Assembly (NCBI RefSeq): GCF_018350175.1 | Contig: NC_058368.1 | Span: 101,000,001-101,064,000, forward strand | Length of the DNA stretch: 64,000 nucleotides | Direction of reading: 5' to 3' | From: Felis catus | Lineage: Eukaryota | Part shown: positions 26,000 to 38,113 of the stretch, one piece after another | Layout of the letters: each line of letters begins with the position of its first letter | How positions within the stretch are numbered: position 1 is the first letter of the stretch | The notes under the pieces: generated by a model | Told to the model about the DNA's origin: nothing | What the model saw: the letters and a program-made list of their open reading frames with translations, nothing else | The model's database searches: none | Program-made: the position numbers and the translations under genes

Positions 26000-28149
26000 C
26001 TGGGTGAGACAAAGTGGAAAAAAAAAAAGAGAATCTGGAGAATCACCAGATGTTATATGAAAGTAAATTCTTCAAAGGGAGACATAAGGTTTTAATAGAA
26101 TTGGTTAACCTCTGGAGGTGGGGAAGGGGGAAAAGATGGTAAAACAAAGGAAAACAAAGGAGGTGATACAATTTGGCTCTAGACACTCAGATAAACACAA
26201 AAGATGTGGCAGTACCTTCTGGCCTCCAAGCAAGACCCAACGTTGGCTAAGCCAACAATTCACTCTGAACTAAGGAAGTGAAGGGCAGGATGACATCGTA
26301 GAGCCACATGGAAAGGCACGTGAGCCATCCTCCTGGCTCAATCTCTGTCCGGAGCTTCAAGTCACTTGTCCTGTGTCACTCCTACCTCAGCACCCAACCG
26401 TGATGCAATTAGCACTTGCCACCCTCAGCTAATTCTCACAGCCCTACAGAACAGGTATTCTCAATCCCATTGTGAGTGAGGCAACAGGGGTTCCAAAGTT
26501 TGAAAACTGCACAGCAGAACTGGAAAGTCAGAGGACTTTCTGTCACTAAAGCTGCTGCTCCCTCCTGCGTCAGCGCTCCGAGCAAGGGCAGCCCGCCAGG
26601 AGGTCATCAGGCACGATGACCTCCGGTCTCATCAGGAGACAGAGGGTGGTGGCAACCGGAGCACCCAGTGATCCAACCCCTGAACAGAAGAACCAGACGG
26701 GGGCGTGTGGACTGGAGTTCTGGCAAAGCCCCAAGTGGAGCGGAACACGGTTTCCCCACACGACAGCGGGAGAGACCATGAGAAGTGTCTGCTCTGTCCT
26801 CTCCCACCTGGAACGCCTGCCACGCCCGCCTCCTCCGCCTCCCCTTCTGCCGGGCTCCTTATCCCTCGCTTGCCAACCTTAACATACTGGCTCAGTTAGA
26901 CAGACCAGGAGTGGGTGTCCAAGGCAAGCGATTCACAGCTGACGGGTCAGGGACAGACGAGGTGGCCTGGAGAAAGCTCTGCTCACAGAGAGATCGAGAC
27001 TGAAGTGAAGGGACCTGAAAGGTCCTCCCTCCAAAACTCAGAGAATTTTAACTCAAGACGTGCGTGCACATTTGCACACGTGCGTGCACACACACGGCGG
27101 GGAAGGAAAAGAGAGGGAGAAAAAAGCGGGAAAGCGGCCACAGGAAAGCTCAGTCACTGTTCCTGCCTGGCCCCAGGGCGGGACCCTGAGATGATGGGGG
27201 TCTCAAAGGACACTGCCACCGGACCTGCAGGCTTTTCCAGAGAGGCCCAGCTCTGCAGCAGCGGGGGCTTGCTTCCCCAGGCATCCACCCTGGCTGGCCC
27301 CACTGACCCGAGTCACCCGAACCACTTCTCTGCTCCACTCTACATCTCCATACCCCTGTGGCATTTTGGCAGGGAGTGAAAGTAACTCTCCCGAAGGACC
27401 CGGCCAATCCGAGGGCTGAATGGTCGCCATTTTGTTACAGATAAGCCATGGCGGTAAGCATACACTTAGCAGTAGTGCTTGCACACGGCCCGAGTGTTTC
27501 TTTAAAAAGTTAGCAATCTAATACCCATCAAAGCAAGTTATTTGCTGAACTGGAAATCTTAAACCTGAATGAAACTGAAATCCTAATGTGGTTGTAGGTA
27601 TGGTGTGTGTCCAGGTCACAAACTCCCGGCGATCCCGAGGGAAGACGTTCCAGGGAGCTGGGCACCTGCCATCCGCAGTGAGGAACCACAGCCTCGGGGA
27701 TATCCGGCGTTGCGTAAGTTTAATTATTTGTGCTTCGCAGGGCTCTGCCTTTGTTTACAAAAGCATATGTTATAATTTTGACAACTCCTCTGTTACTTTT
27801 TATTATTAGTGTTGCTGGAAAAGCTGACAACAAAACGAAAGAATTTTGAAAGAAAGGGGTAAAGCCACCTGTAATCCTGCCTCCTAAATTCCAGCCTCGC
27901 CCTCCCAGAGTGGTGGCCTCCCCTGCAAGTTCTCCTCTCCCGCATCCCCGTCTGAGGCCGGCTGCCACCCCAGCCTGCACACGGTGTTATACTCAACCTT
28001 TCCTTCCTGTGTCAGATAGCCTTCCCTACTGTTGCAAACTGGGAGTCTAGCATTTTAAAAACTGCACAGTGGTCTACTGGATGAATATATCTCCGCCACG
28101 AAAAGATAAGGAACACCAAAGCAATACTGTTTAAAATCAGGAAGCCCCC

Positions 28150-28300
28150 AGGTCACGATCTCGCGGTTTGTGAGTTCAAGCTCTGAGTCAGGCTCGGTGC
28201 TGGTGGTGTGGAGCCTGCTTGGGATTCTCTCTCCCTCTTCCCCATGTGTTCTCTCTCTCTCAAAATAAATTTTAAAAAAGATAAAAAAAAATAAATAAAA
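28150..28300 (+). mobile_element. 5'-truncated Can-SINE, PPIC intron 3
   Basis: Starts at caggtcacgatctc; aaaa(tc/ct)aggaagcc TSD. Confidence 0.8.
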
Positions 28301-28529
28301 CTAGGAAGCCTCACTCATTCACACCTAGGACTAGATTTTGGTAGATGAGGTCCTCCCTCCTGCCCCCCGCCCCCCGGCCCAAACCCTGTGCTTCTGAAGA
28401 ATTAGTCTGGTGGTCTTGATGAATTGGTTTCCTGAACCTGGGAATTCACTTCATGGGGTGGATACACTGACTTGATCTGAGGTGTCAGTTTGGTAGACAG
28501 AAAAGGAAAAATGCAAAAGACAGTGTTAC

Positions 28530-28623
28530 CGCCGGTGCCGTCCCCACTGGTGATGTCTCCTCCTTGAATCATGAAATCTTTGATGACGCGATGAAATGTG
28601 CTTCCTTTATATCCGTAGCCTTT
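28530..28623 (-). CDS. PPIC: PPIC exon 3: [32 protein letters not shown]
   Basis: tctttag| acceptor, |gtaaca donor, 94 nt; catalytic FHRVIxxFMIQGGD motif. Confidence 0.97.
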
Positions 28624-29088
28624 CTAAAGAGATTATGTCAATTGAATATATGAGTATGTATAACCCACACCAAAAGATAAACCCCAGCGTTTATCTGGAA
28701 AGGACACAATGAGAAAATGACACGAGCTATCGGCAGAACCTGATGAGGTCCCTGCAACAAGGTACTAATAGAAATGTTCTCATTAGCAGACCCAAAATAA
28801 AGAAACCAACTGTGGAAGTCAAGGATTCACGTGAATAAGTGAAAACAGAGCAATCTGCGTTCTCATATGATGCAGTTCCCCTCAATTTCTAGAACCCCAA
28901 GGACACAGGGTGCCCAAAGAGTAAGATTTTGTACGAAAATAAAGTAAAATACTGTTAAGACGTCCCGGGTTCATTGGACCTGCTAATTCCACACTTATTT
29001 TCCCAGAAAACATCTGTATTTATGCCGGGCTTAAAAGAAGGAAGATCCCATTCTGTGCACAGTTAAGGGACCCACAGCCGAGACCTAC

Positions 29089-29202
29089 CTCGCCTGTGGC
29101 CAGAGCGACAAAATTTTCCACAGTCTTGGGCACAACCTTTCCAAAGAGGCCAATCACAATTCTGCCAACATCTTTGTCTCCGATCCTCACGTCAAAGAAG
29201 AC
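29089..29202 (-). CDS. PPIC: PPIC exon 2: [38 protein letters not shown]
   Basis: cag| acceptor, |gtaggt donor, 114 nt; cyclophilin N-terminal strands and PKT-ENF motif. Confidence 0.97.
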
Positions 29203-29991
29203 CTGCGTGTGGTTGAACCGGCAGAGCACAGGTACAAGGTAAGAGAAGGTTAAAATCTGAGAAGGCATCACTACGCGAAAGGCCTCCCTGCCCCCACAGC
29301 AGCTTATAAGGGAGCCCTAAAACCCTCGTGTGGGTGCAAGGCACCTGTAAACATTCATTCCGCAAGCACTCAGTGAGCCCCCGCAGGCCGGGCCCTGTGC
29401 TAGGTCCTGGGTCTGAAGTTGGTCAGCCAGTGAGGTCTCCAAGAAAACTCCATGCCCCCCCCCACCGGCCCCCGCACACCCCAGACCGCACAGCTGCCAC
29501 CTCCCATTTCCCAGCTCTGTGCTCTTCCAGAAGGGTGATGCTCCAAATCTTGGCAGGAGAGAAAAACTGGTGGAGAGAGAAATCGTCTAACCATCCAGAT
29601 TTATTTTTGTGTGACTTCAAACAGGGCCCAATTCCCAGTGAGTTCTCATAGACATCTGCTGTCAAGGGAACTGTAAGACATCAGAACGCACAGCAAGTTC
29701 TCCTAAAGGCCTGCCACTCCCCTGCGAGCCCTGTGAGGCTCCGGCTCCCCAGCCTCATCCAGAGCTCCCCCCACCCCTACCCCGGACAAAACCGTTCACC
29801 CTGGGGACTCCACCACTGAACTCAGGGGTCATGCTCCCAAAATTGGGGGGGGGGGTGACTGCGTTCTCTCTTTCTGTCACCACATTTTAGAGCAGATAAA
29901 AGGAAACACGGACCCACAGTGAGTGAGTCACTTGTGTGGATAAACCTTAGAAAGTTCTCTTAAACTATGTTGTAAAAACCTGTTCCATCCG

Positions 29992-30240
29992 AGGGGTGCC
30001 TGGGTGGCTCAGTTGGTTAGGCGTCTGACTTTGGCTCAGGTCATGATCTCACAGTTCATGAGTTCGAGCTCTGCATCGGGCTCTGTGCTGACAGCTCAGT
30101 GCCTGGAGCCTGGAGCCTGCTTCGGATTCTGGGCCTCCCTCTCTCTGCCCCTCCCCCACTCACACTCTGCCTTTCTCTCTCTCTCTCTCTCTAAAACGAG
30201 TAAACATTAAAAAATATTAAAAAACAAAACAAAACAAAAA
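29992..30240 (+). mobile_element. Can-SINE, PPIC intron 1
   Basis: TSD cctgttccatccga on both sides. Confidence 0.9.
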
Positions 30241-31503
30241 AAACCCCTGTTCCATCCGAAATGAAACCACCCACGTTTTTGCCTCACAGATCACGGTGTT
30301 ACGAGGATTCCGGGCTGGAATGCTTGAAAAGGCTACGGAGTCGAAGGGCATTCTATTAGCAAGTTTAGATTATATGAACCAATTTACAGTTTGAATGGGT
30401 AAAAAAAGACATTCAAGAGATGGCTTTAAAAAAATGTAAGAAGGGTTGTCAGAGGAAAAAGATGTCTTACAGTTTAGAAAAATCATAAAGTAAAGACTGT
30501 GAAGCGTTAGTCCAAGACAAGAGCTTCTGCCAATACATCAGCACGTCTGTCACGGGGTGATGTGATATTTAGTGTTCCGTGTGGCATTTGAGAGTTTTTA
30601 CATGGCCACAGCAGCCAAAACCGTATTATTATTTATACGGCACAACTTTATAGAATGTATAAGAGACCGGGCCCTTGAGATGCGGCGACGCACTTGAGGA
30701 GAACAAGTCAATGCGGCTGGGGGACAGGAAGCTGCATGAATGTGCCACAAGCCCGGTCGTGCAGAGCCCACGTCGCAGAGAAGCCGTTTCTCCAAAGTGA
30801 TTTACAAGCCAACGAGAGAATTCAATGACGGGCAGTAACGAACCAGCATCCGGAAAAGACTCAGGGACACAGTCTTCTAGGGACACCATACAAGACGCTA
30901 GAAAAGCCTGCCAGACTTGTAAAATAAAGAAAAGAAAATATCGCCTTTGAGTGTTGAGACAGCACGAAGAAGAAAATGTGGGAGGGCAGCAGACGATGAA
31001 GAAGAGGGCTTGTCACCCAGCAAAACGCGTCAATAAAAAAATCTGACTTTCTTACGTGCGGCCCAGCACACATACTAACAGCTTTTTCCCCCCAAACTGA
31101 GCATTTAACTTCATGACTGACAGCACGAAAACGCAGCAGAGTTTTCCTGACTCCAGTGGAAATGATGAAGTCAAATCTCACTCGGGCTTCAAGCGCATGA
31201 GGGGCCAGAGGGGGCCCAGAGGGGGGCTGAGGGCTGAGGGCAGGCATCCTGGAAAAGGCGTGATGGGGAGCAGGCCTGGAGTGGGGGGACTAGAACGATC
31301 ATGAGCCCCACCTGGCAGAGCTCCTGAAATGTGGTCTCTGTGCACAGAAGCAACAGGGAGAGAATCTCACCAGTTCCAGAAGGAAGGCTGCGGCTATGAG
31401 ATCTGGGTTTTGTTAGGCAGTAGAAAGGGAAGTAACAGGATCCAGGGAAGACGGGGGATTTTACTCAAGCTGGGGGGAGGAGAATCTGGGAGCTCTTAGA
31501 CCA

Positions 31504-31946
31504 GGGAGGAGGGGGGGGGGAAGAGGAGGGGGAGGGGGAAGGGGGAAAGGGAGGAGGGGGGAGTAGAGGGGGGGAGAGGGAGGAGTAGAGAGGGAGGAGA
31601 GGGAAGAACAAGAAGAGAAGGAGGGGGAGGGAGGGGAGAGGAGGGGGGGAGGAGAGGGGGGAGAGGGAGGGGGAGGAGTAGAGGGGGAGGAGAGGGAAGA
31701 ACAAGAAGAGAAGGAGGGAGGGGAGAGGAAAGGGAGGGGGAGGAGAGGGAGGAGGGGGAGGAGTAGAGGGGGAGGAGAGGGAAGAACAAGAAGAGGAGGG
31801 GGAGGGAAGGGGAGGAGAGGGAGGGGGAGGAGGAAGGAGGGGGAGGAGAGGAAGGAGGGGGAGGAGAGGAAGGAGGGGGAGGAGAGGGAAGAATAAGAAG
31901 AGAAGGAGGGGGAGGGAGGGGAGAGGAGGAGAGGGAGGAGGGAAGG
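31504..31946 (+). repeat. ~440-bp polypurine (G/A) low-complexity minisatellite in PPIC intron 1
   Basis: Almost only G and A on the + strand; motif GAAGAA(C/T)AAGAAGAG recurs four times. Confidence 0.95.
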
Positions 31947-33544
31947 AAACAAACAGGACCTAGTCAGTGGTGTCTCGGCACTGTGCCTACATGTCTCGTA
32001 TAATTGATCCTCCCACATCCTTGGGCGAGGGGCACGTGCTGTCATCACCGATTAACACACGAGAAAAGTAAGGATGAGGGAGGCTCAGTGATTGACCAAG
32101 ATTCCCCAGCCGGGAGCAGGAAAGCCAGCTCTGCAGTCCCAGGTGACACCTAACTGGACTGCGGTTAATCCTGGCTCTCTCAGGGGACCCCTAAAGGGCA
32201 GAAATGGTGTTTTTAGGTCCCCAGTGCTTAGCACAGCGTCAGCTCGAGCGGGTCCTCAAAATGTGACTAGTTCAATGCCAGGTGATATTACAGGAGGACC
32301 AGGGCACACATGTAGACAGAGGGTGCAGGGGACCCAAGGCAGACCCTATCACCCTAAGATCATCTCCGACTGCTGCGTGCCCTTGAGAAGCGGACAAGCG
32401 GTGAGGCTACAGTCCCACAGAAAAGAAAAAATGTATATATAAGTAGGTGTAACATAACGGGAAATCAGGTTTATAACAAGACAAGTACAGATGGAATGTT
32501 ATGGTTGGAGGTGATGATTATCTGTGCAGATCAGGGTGGGCTTCCTGGCTGAGGTGGCATCTGAATTCCACACTGCCCTTCAAGAGTAAGCACCTCAGTC
32601 ATTTCTTTTATCCCCTGAGGGCTACTTTTGAAAGTCATTTGAAAATGATGGGCCACTGGAGGTGGGCAAAGAGGTTAGAGGGAAGAGGCACTCAGAGCCC
32701 GATCCAAACCCCTGTTGGGTTAATCCTGCTTCCCTTTCCAGAGCAACCAGGGGGGATGCAGGGAGGATCCTTTCGGGAGATGACCATTCCTTTCAGGGCT
32801 GCAAGTTCACAGGAAGATTAATAGGGTAACATGAATAACAGTAACAACTGGCCTTTTTAATCACCGTTAAGCACTTTACCTGCTTTATCACATCTAATAT
32901 ACAAAAGCCCGGAGGGTAGATAGTATCTCTGTCTCCACTTACGGAGGAGGAAACAGAGCCTCACACAGGAAATCACCTGCCCAGGGTCACCAGGCCGTAG
33001 CCACTTGGCCCCTCCATGCTGTAGAAAGTGCCAGCATGCTGTGCCGTTGGGCAGTTAGGAAGATGGCAGCATTATTCTCCCCACTCTAGGTGCCTGACCT
33101 TGCACACACCCCAGGGCATCTGCTGAAACAGTCAGGGCTGCACATGCCAATCCAGCGGATTTTGACACCGGTGAGCCAGAGCCTGGACCTGAGGCTCTCG
33201 GGCTGGGCTGAGCAGGTGGCTGAGGCGGTGGCCGGTGAGTGCCACTTTAGGCCTTGTGGGTGACGGCGCCTCCCACCTCTCTTATAACAGATTCCTACTT
33301 TTAAACGAAATCAGACGGAAAGGAAAAAGACTGATGGGGAAAACACTAGTGCCAGTTAATCTACTTCTCCTGACTCAGTTTTTAAGGTCTCTATTTTCCA
33401 GTAGGTTTTTGTTTTAAAAAGCCCACTGAAAAAGCCATTCGACAGGGTCAAATCTGCAGAAGACTCACCTGCACAATTAGCTTTTAGAATTTAATGACAA
33501 ATTTGGTAGGAAAGAAAAGGACATATATTAAAAATTCTGAGAGT

Positions 33545-33748
33545 GGGGGCGCCTGGGTGGCTCAGTTGGTTGAGCGTCCGACTTCAGCTCAGGTCGTGAT
33601 CTCACAGCTCGTGAGTTCCAGCCCCGCATCCCAGCTCTGTGCTGACAGTTTGTAGCCTGGAGCTTGCTTTGGATTCTGTGTCTCTGTCTCTTTCTGCTCC
33701 TCACTCGCTTGTGCTCTCTCTCTCAAAAATAAACATAAAAAAAAAAAA
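33545..33748 (+). mobile_element. Can-SINE, PPIC intron 1
   Basis: TSD aattctgagagt. Confidence 0.9.
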
Positions 33749-34779
33749 TAATTCTGAGAGTAGAATGCATGCAAACTTCCTCAGTGACAGCACCCTAGCC
33801 TAGGGGCCAAGAGGCTCCAAATCTTCCCCTCCTGCAGCCACCAGCTTCCTCCCCTCTTGGCCTCCCTTCTAGAAGTTCCCAACCCAGGCTACACATCTCC
33901 AGACGTCCTGATTCACTTGCTCTGCGGTGGGTGACCGCACCGTTAGGTTTTAAAGCTTCCCTGGCCAAGTCTGTTCCCCAGTGCTGCCGGTGATATGCTC
34001 ACACTAAGAAATTGTTCACGGTTTATCTGAAATTCATACCTAACTGACAAAGTTCTATGTCAGCTGGCAGTTTACTTCGTATCCCCCACTCCCTTCTAAA
34101 CCGTGGGCAAATCTTGTCAGTGTTACTTCAAAAAAAAAAAAAAAAAAAATCAGATCAGCCCAAAACATGGAGAGGCTGGAAGTGAAATTGGTGCTCAAAA
34201 CAACCGGGCTCAGTTTCTCTCTTTCATACACGCACCCGCAGCGCGGTATGGCCTTTCTGTTCACTCTTGGGCTACATCAGATGTTGGGTGATCTCCCTCT
34301 CCCCACCCCACCACCTCGCGTGGGGTCTGTGGTGGAGGATTTAGGCACTCTGCCACTAGCTCCACAGTATCATTTCCACTGGCAAACACCAGCTTTATCG
34401 TTAAAACAACTGGCAGCTGCCCCTCCTTCCAGATTCCAAGACACTGCTGCCAGTGGGTTTTTCCAGAAGTGGTGATCAAGGGCACCCAACCATTCCCTCC
34501 CTTCCTCCCTCGCTCTCTGCACCCTCCCATTATCTTCTAGCCTGGGTAAATATGCTGAAAAAAAAAAGAGCTTAAAGTGGAGAGAAACAGTTCATGGTAG
34601 ATAATCACTGCCCTCCCCCCGCCCCTCCATTCCCGATAGAGATTTTAAAAGGCTGGCAGAGCTAGTCCCATCCCAAGCTCAGGGTCCAAAGTCGAAAAAA
34701 GTCTAAGTCTAAAAGCACACCTCTCCCTCCCCACCCCAGCGGGAGGACCACGGTTCCTAAATACAGGAGGCCAGTCGGT

Positions 34780-35960
34780 CTCTAGAGCAGTGCACGTAAA
34801 GCCGACCCGCACACTCCCGCGCAGAAGCTGGCCCCGGGACCCCCCCCCCCCGCCCCAGGCCCGGGTGACAGCGGCGGCGGCCGCCCACTGCGCCCCCGCG
34901 GCTCAGAGCGCGCCTCTTCCGCCCGCCCCAATCAGCATTCTTTTCCTCCTTCTGTTCCCGAGTCCCCGCCACGCCGAAGGAAGTACTCGCGCCGGCTCCT
35001 TCCTGGAGAAAGGGCCCAATAGTTCCGGAAGCTTCCTCTAGCCCCCAGGCAGGTCACGTCGGACCCGACCACCCGCCCGGGGGACTCAGTTAGTTCAAAC
35101 AGCTCGGCCCAGAGCCCCCAAGTCTCCCGGGACAGCGCCGCCCCCGCGCGCCGGCAGCCCCCTCCCTCCCCCTCCCAGCCCCGCGGCCGCCTCGCTTCGC
35201 CTGCGCCCGGGAAGCCCCCTCCTCGCCGCCTCGGACGCTGAGGACCCAGTCCCCGAAGTTCCCCCATCCCCCTGGCGCGCACGAAGGCAAGTTGCAGCCC
35301 GCCGCTCGATCACCTTGGCCGTCACCGAGGGGCCTCGCCTGCCGACGCGCGAGGCCCCCGCAGAAGGCACGAGCGCGCCGAGCCCCACGCAGAGCGCGAG
35401 AGGTAGCAGCAGCCGGGGACCCGGGCCCATGGCGAGCGGTGGCAGCGGCGGCAGCGGCTCGGGCGCCACTGCAGTCTCCGGGACCGTTGGCCGGACTCCT
35501 GGGCGGCTGCGCCTGCGCGCTCCCGGGTTGGGGGGGGTGGAGGCGGGGGGGATGGGATGGGGCGGTCGGGGCAGGGCCAGAACCTGGGGCGCGCCCCTCC
35601 GCAGTTCAGCCCGGCGACCCGCTGGGGACTGGGGGCGGCGCGCCGCGGAGGGCGCAGCCGGGGCTGACGGCCGCTCCTGCGGCGGGTGCGCGGGGCGCCG
35701 GGGGTCCAAGCGAGCCCGCGGGGCCCGGGGGGAGGCGCGGCCCCTCGACGCCCGAGAGCTGCAGAGCGCGCGCGGGGCGTCTCCGGCAACCTACGGCGCA
35801 GGAGCGCGTTGACCTTGCCGCAAAGTTCAGGACTCCCCGCGCTGCGGGGCCGCCTGGCCACTTGCGCGCGGCCGGGTCTCTGCGGAAGGGTCCGCGTGGG
35901 TGACGCGACATCCGAGGAAGAGCCCCCGCCGCGCCTGCCGTGCTCCATCCGAGACTTTAG
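34780..35960 (-). promoter_or_regulatory. CpG island / PPIC promoter, 5' UTR and start of intron 1
   Basis: Very GC- and CpG-rich, several GGGGCGG GC boxes, no obvious TATA box, surrounds the PPIC start codon. Confidence 0.9.
35314..35430 (-). CDS. PPIC: PPIC (cyclophilin C) exon 1, signal peptide: [39 protein letters not shown]
   Basis: ATG in strong Kozak context (ctcgccATGG), 117 nt, AAG|gtgatc donor, hydrophobic N-terminus, inside a CpG island. Confidence 0.96.
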
Positions 35961-36469
35961 CTTAAAGGTTTGGACGTCTCTCAGAGCTTTGGGAGCCCTG
36001 GATGTGGTGACTCGATGGCACCTGATGAACGACCCTTCACTGAGATGATGCAAGTTGGAGATACAAGTTTTACAAACTTGAAAGTAGGTTTAGGAAGATT
36101 ATTTCATGATATGGGAAAAGCTCGTTATACCCTTTAATGGAAAACTCCGGTTGCAGAATCACATGGAAATTTTGATCTCATCTGTGAAAATAAATATATA
36201 AAGGCTTTTTTTTTTTTTTTTAACGGTGAGAAACGTACCACAATATTTACGGTAGCTCTGGTGACAGAATTAGGGATTTTTGCTTTCTTTGTAATTTTCT
36301 GATTTCCCAGGCGTTCTATACCGAGCATGTAAGTACTTTATAATCAGGAAAATGTTATTTTAAAGCTCAGTGCTTTCTGAATTAGGGCTTCAAAGGACTT
36401 TTAAAGTTGTAGAGTAATAGCTCCAAAATTAACTGGAAATTAAGAATAGTATTCTCTTGGTTTTTCTCT

Positions 36470-36658
36470 CTCTTTTTTTTAAGGTTTATTTTTGAGAGAC
36501 AGGGCACGAGAGCATAGGCTAGGGAGGGGCAGAGAGAGAAGGAGACACAGAATCCAAAGCAGGTTCCAGGCTCAGAGCTGTCAGCAGGAGCCCCACGTGG
36601 GGTTCCAACTCAGGAACCACAAGATGCTGCTTAACCAACTGAGCCAGCCAGGTGCCCC
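36470..36658 (-). mobile_element. Can-SINE
   Basis: Reverse SINE; tcttggtttt TSD. Confidence 0.85.
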
Positions 36659-36765
36659 TGTCTTGGTTTTCCGAGTGGCTGGTGCCATGACTTTCAAACC
36701 AATATTTTCCTTGAGTAAGCAGATAGGATTCCTCTGTGTAAGTGTAGATCTAAAATTAAACTGGA

Positions 36766-36985
36766 AGGGCGCCTGGGTGGCTCGGTCGGTTAAGCGTCCG
36801 ACTTCAGCTCAGGTCATGATCTCACGGTCCGTGGGTTCGAGCCCCGCGTCGGGCTCTGTGCTGACAGCTCAGAGCCTGGAGCCTGTTTCAGATTCTGTGT
36901 CTCCCTCTCTCTCTGACCCTCCCCCGTTCATGCTCTGTCTCTCTCTGTCTCAAAAATAAATAAACGTTAAAAAAAATTAAAAAAA
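36766..36985 (+). mobile_element. Young SINEC_Fc-type SINE
   Basis: CpG-rich body; TSD aaaattaaactggaa. Confidence 0.93.
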
Positions 36986-37885
36986 AATTAAACTGGAACC
37001 ATTTCTTATGTATAAAAGGAGTGACTTCTACTTTAGAGGGGCAGGTAGAACACTTCTGAATTACTTTAATAGTTCAGTCCAGTGAAAGATCTAGTGGCTT
37101 GCCTCATAACCTCTCGCCCCCAATAAAGTCACCCTTCTTGTATATAAATTGTAGCAATCTAAGCGTATCAGAGCACTTATCACAGGGAATGCTTGTATTT
37201 ATTTATCTCACTCATTACTGTAATCGTTTTTGTCTGACTCTGTTATCAGAAGGTAAGCATTACCAGAGCAGGGAGCATACCTGCTTTTACTCCTGTTGAT
37301 GACACAGACCTAATACAATGTCTGGCATATAATGATTTCTCAGTAAATATTTGTCCAGTGGATGAATCTGTCTACCTACGTTTTAAAAGTCACTTTATTG
37401 TGCGGCATTTGGGTGGCTCAGTCAGTTAAGCTTCTGACTCTTGATCTCAGGGTCTTGATCTCAGAGTAGTGAGTTCAAGCTTGGTGTTGGGCTCCATGCT
37501 TGGCATGGAGCCTGCTTAAAAAAAAAATCACTGTATTCAGAAGGTTAATACAAATAAAGAAAAGTGCACAGAATGAAAATCAATGAATTATCACAACAAA
37601 AACACCACTAGAACTGTCTGCCCCCCAAAGAGATGGAATAGTCAACAGTTTCTTGAAAACTCCCCTTGTACCTGTTCCCAGTTACTAACACTTTCTTTCC
37701 CCCAAATGGGAACCACAATCCCAACTTCTTACCTTATGGTTTTGTTTAGTTTTTTAACTTTGTTTAGTTGGAATCTCATAGCATGTATTCTTTTGCTCAA
37801 ATTTATGCTGGTGAAATGCATCTATGTTTTTGCACATAGCTATTTTGGTGCATAGCACAAGGTAGGGATGAAATTCCATTTTCTC

Positions 37886-38113
37886 GGAGCGCCTGGGTGG
37901 CTCAGTCGGTTGGGCGGCCGACTTCGGCTCAGGTCATGATCTCGCGGTCCGTGACTTCGAGCCCCGCGTCGGGCTCTGTGCTGACAGCTCAGAGCCTGGA
38001 GCCTGTTTCAGATTCTGTGTCTCCCTCTCTCTGACCCTCCCCCGTTCATGCTCTGTCTCTCTGTCTCAAAAATAAATAAACGTTAAAAAAAAATTTTTTT
38101 TTAATTAAAAAAA
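37886..38113 (+). mobile_element. Young SINEC_Fc-type SINE
   Basis: TSD aaattccattttctc. Confidence 0.93.

Noticed and set aside
25788..26060. + strand 90-aa ORF opposite PPIC exon 4
   Set aside because: Antisense shadow of a coding exon; unlike the exon 2 case I see no flanking + strand splice signals
31461..32048. Pro/Ser/Leu-rich ORFs on the - strand
   Set aside because: Translation of the polypurine/polypyrimidine tract
35095..36053. Several 100-240 aa ORFs over the CpG island, including a TTG-started in-frame extension of PPIC
   Set aside because: Stop codons are rare in very GC-rich DNA; the ATG at 35430 has a strong Kozak context and begins a signal peptide
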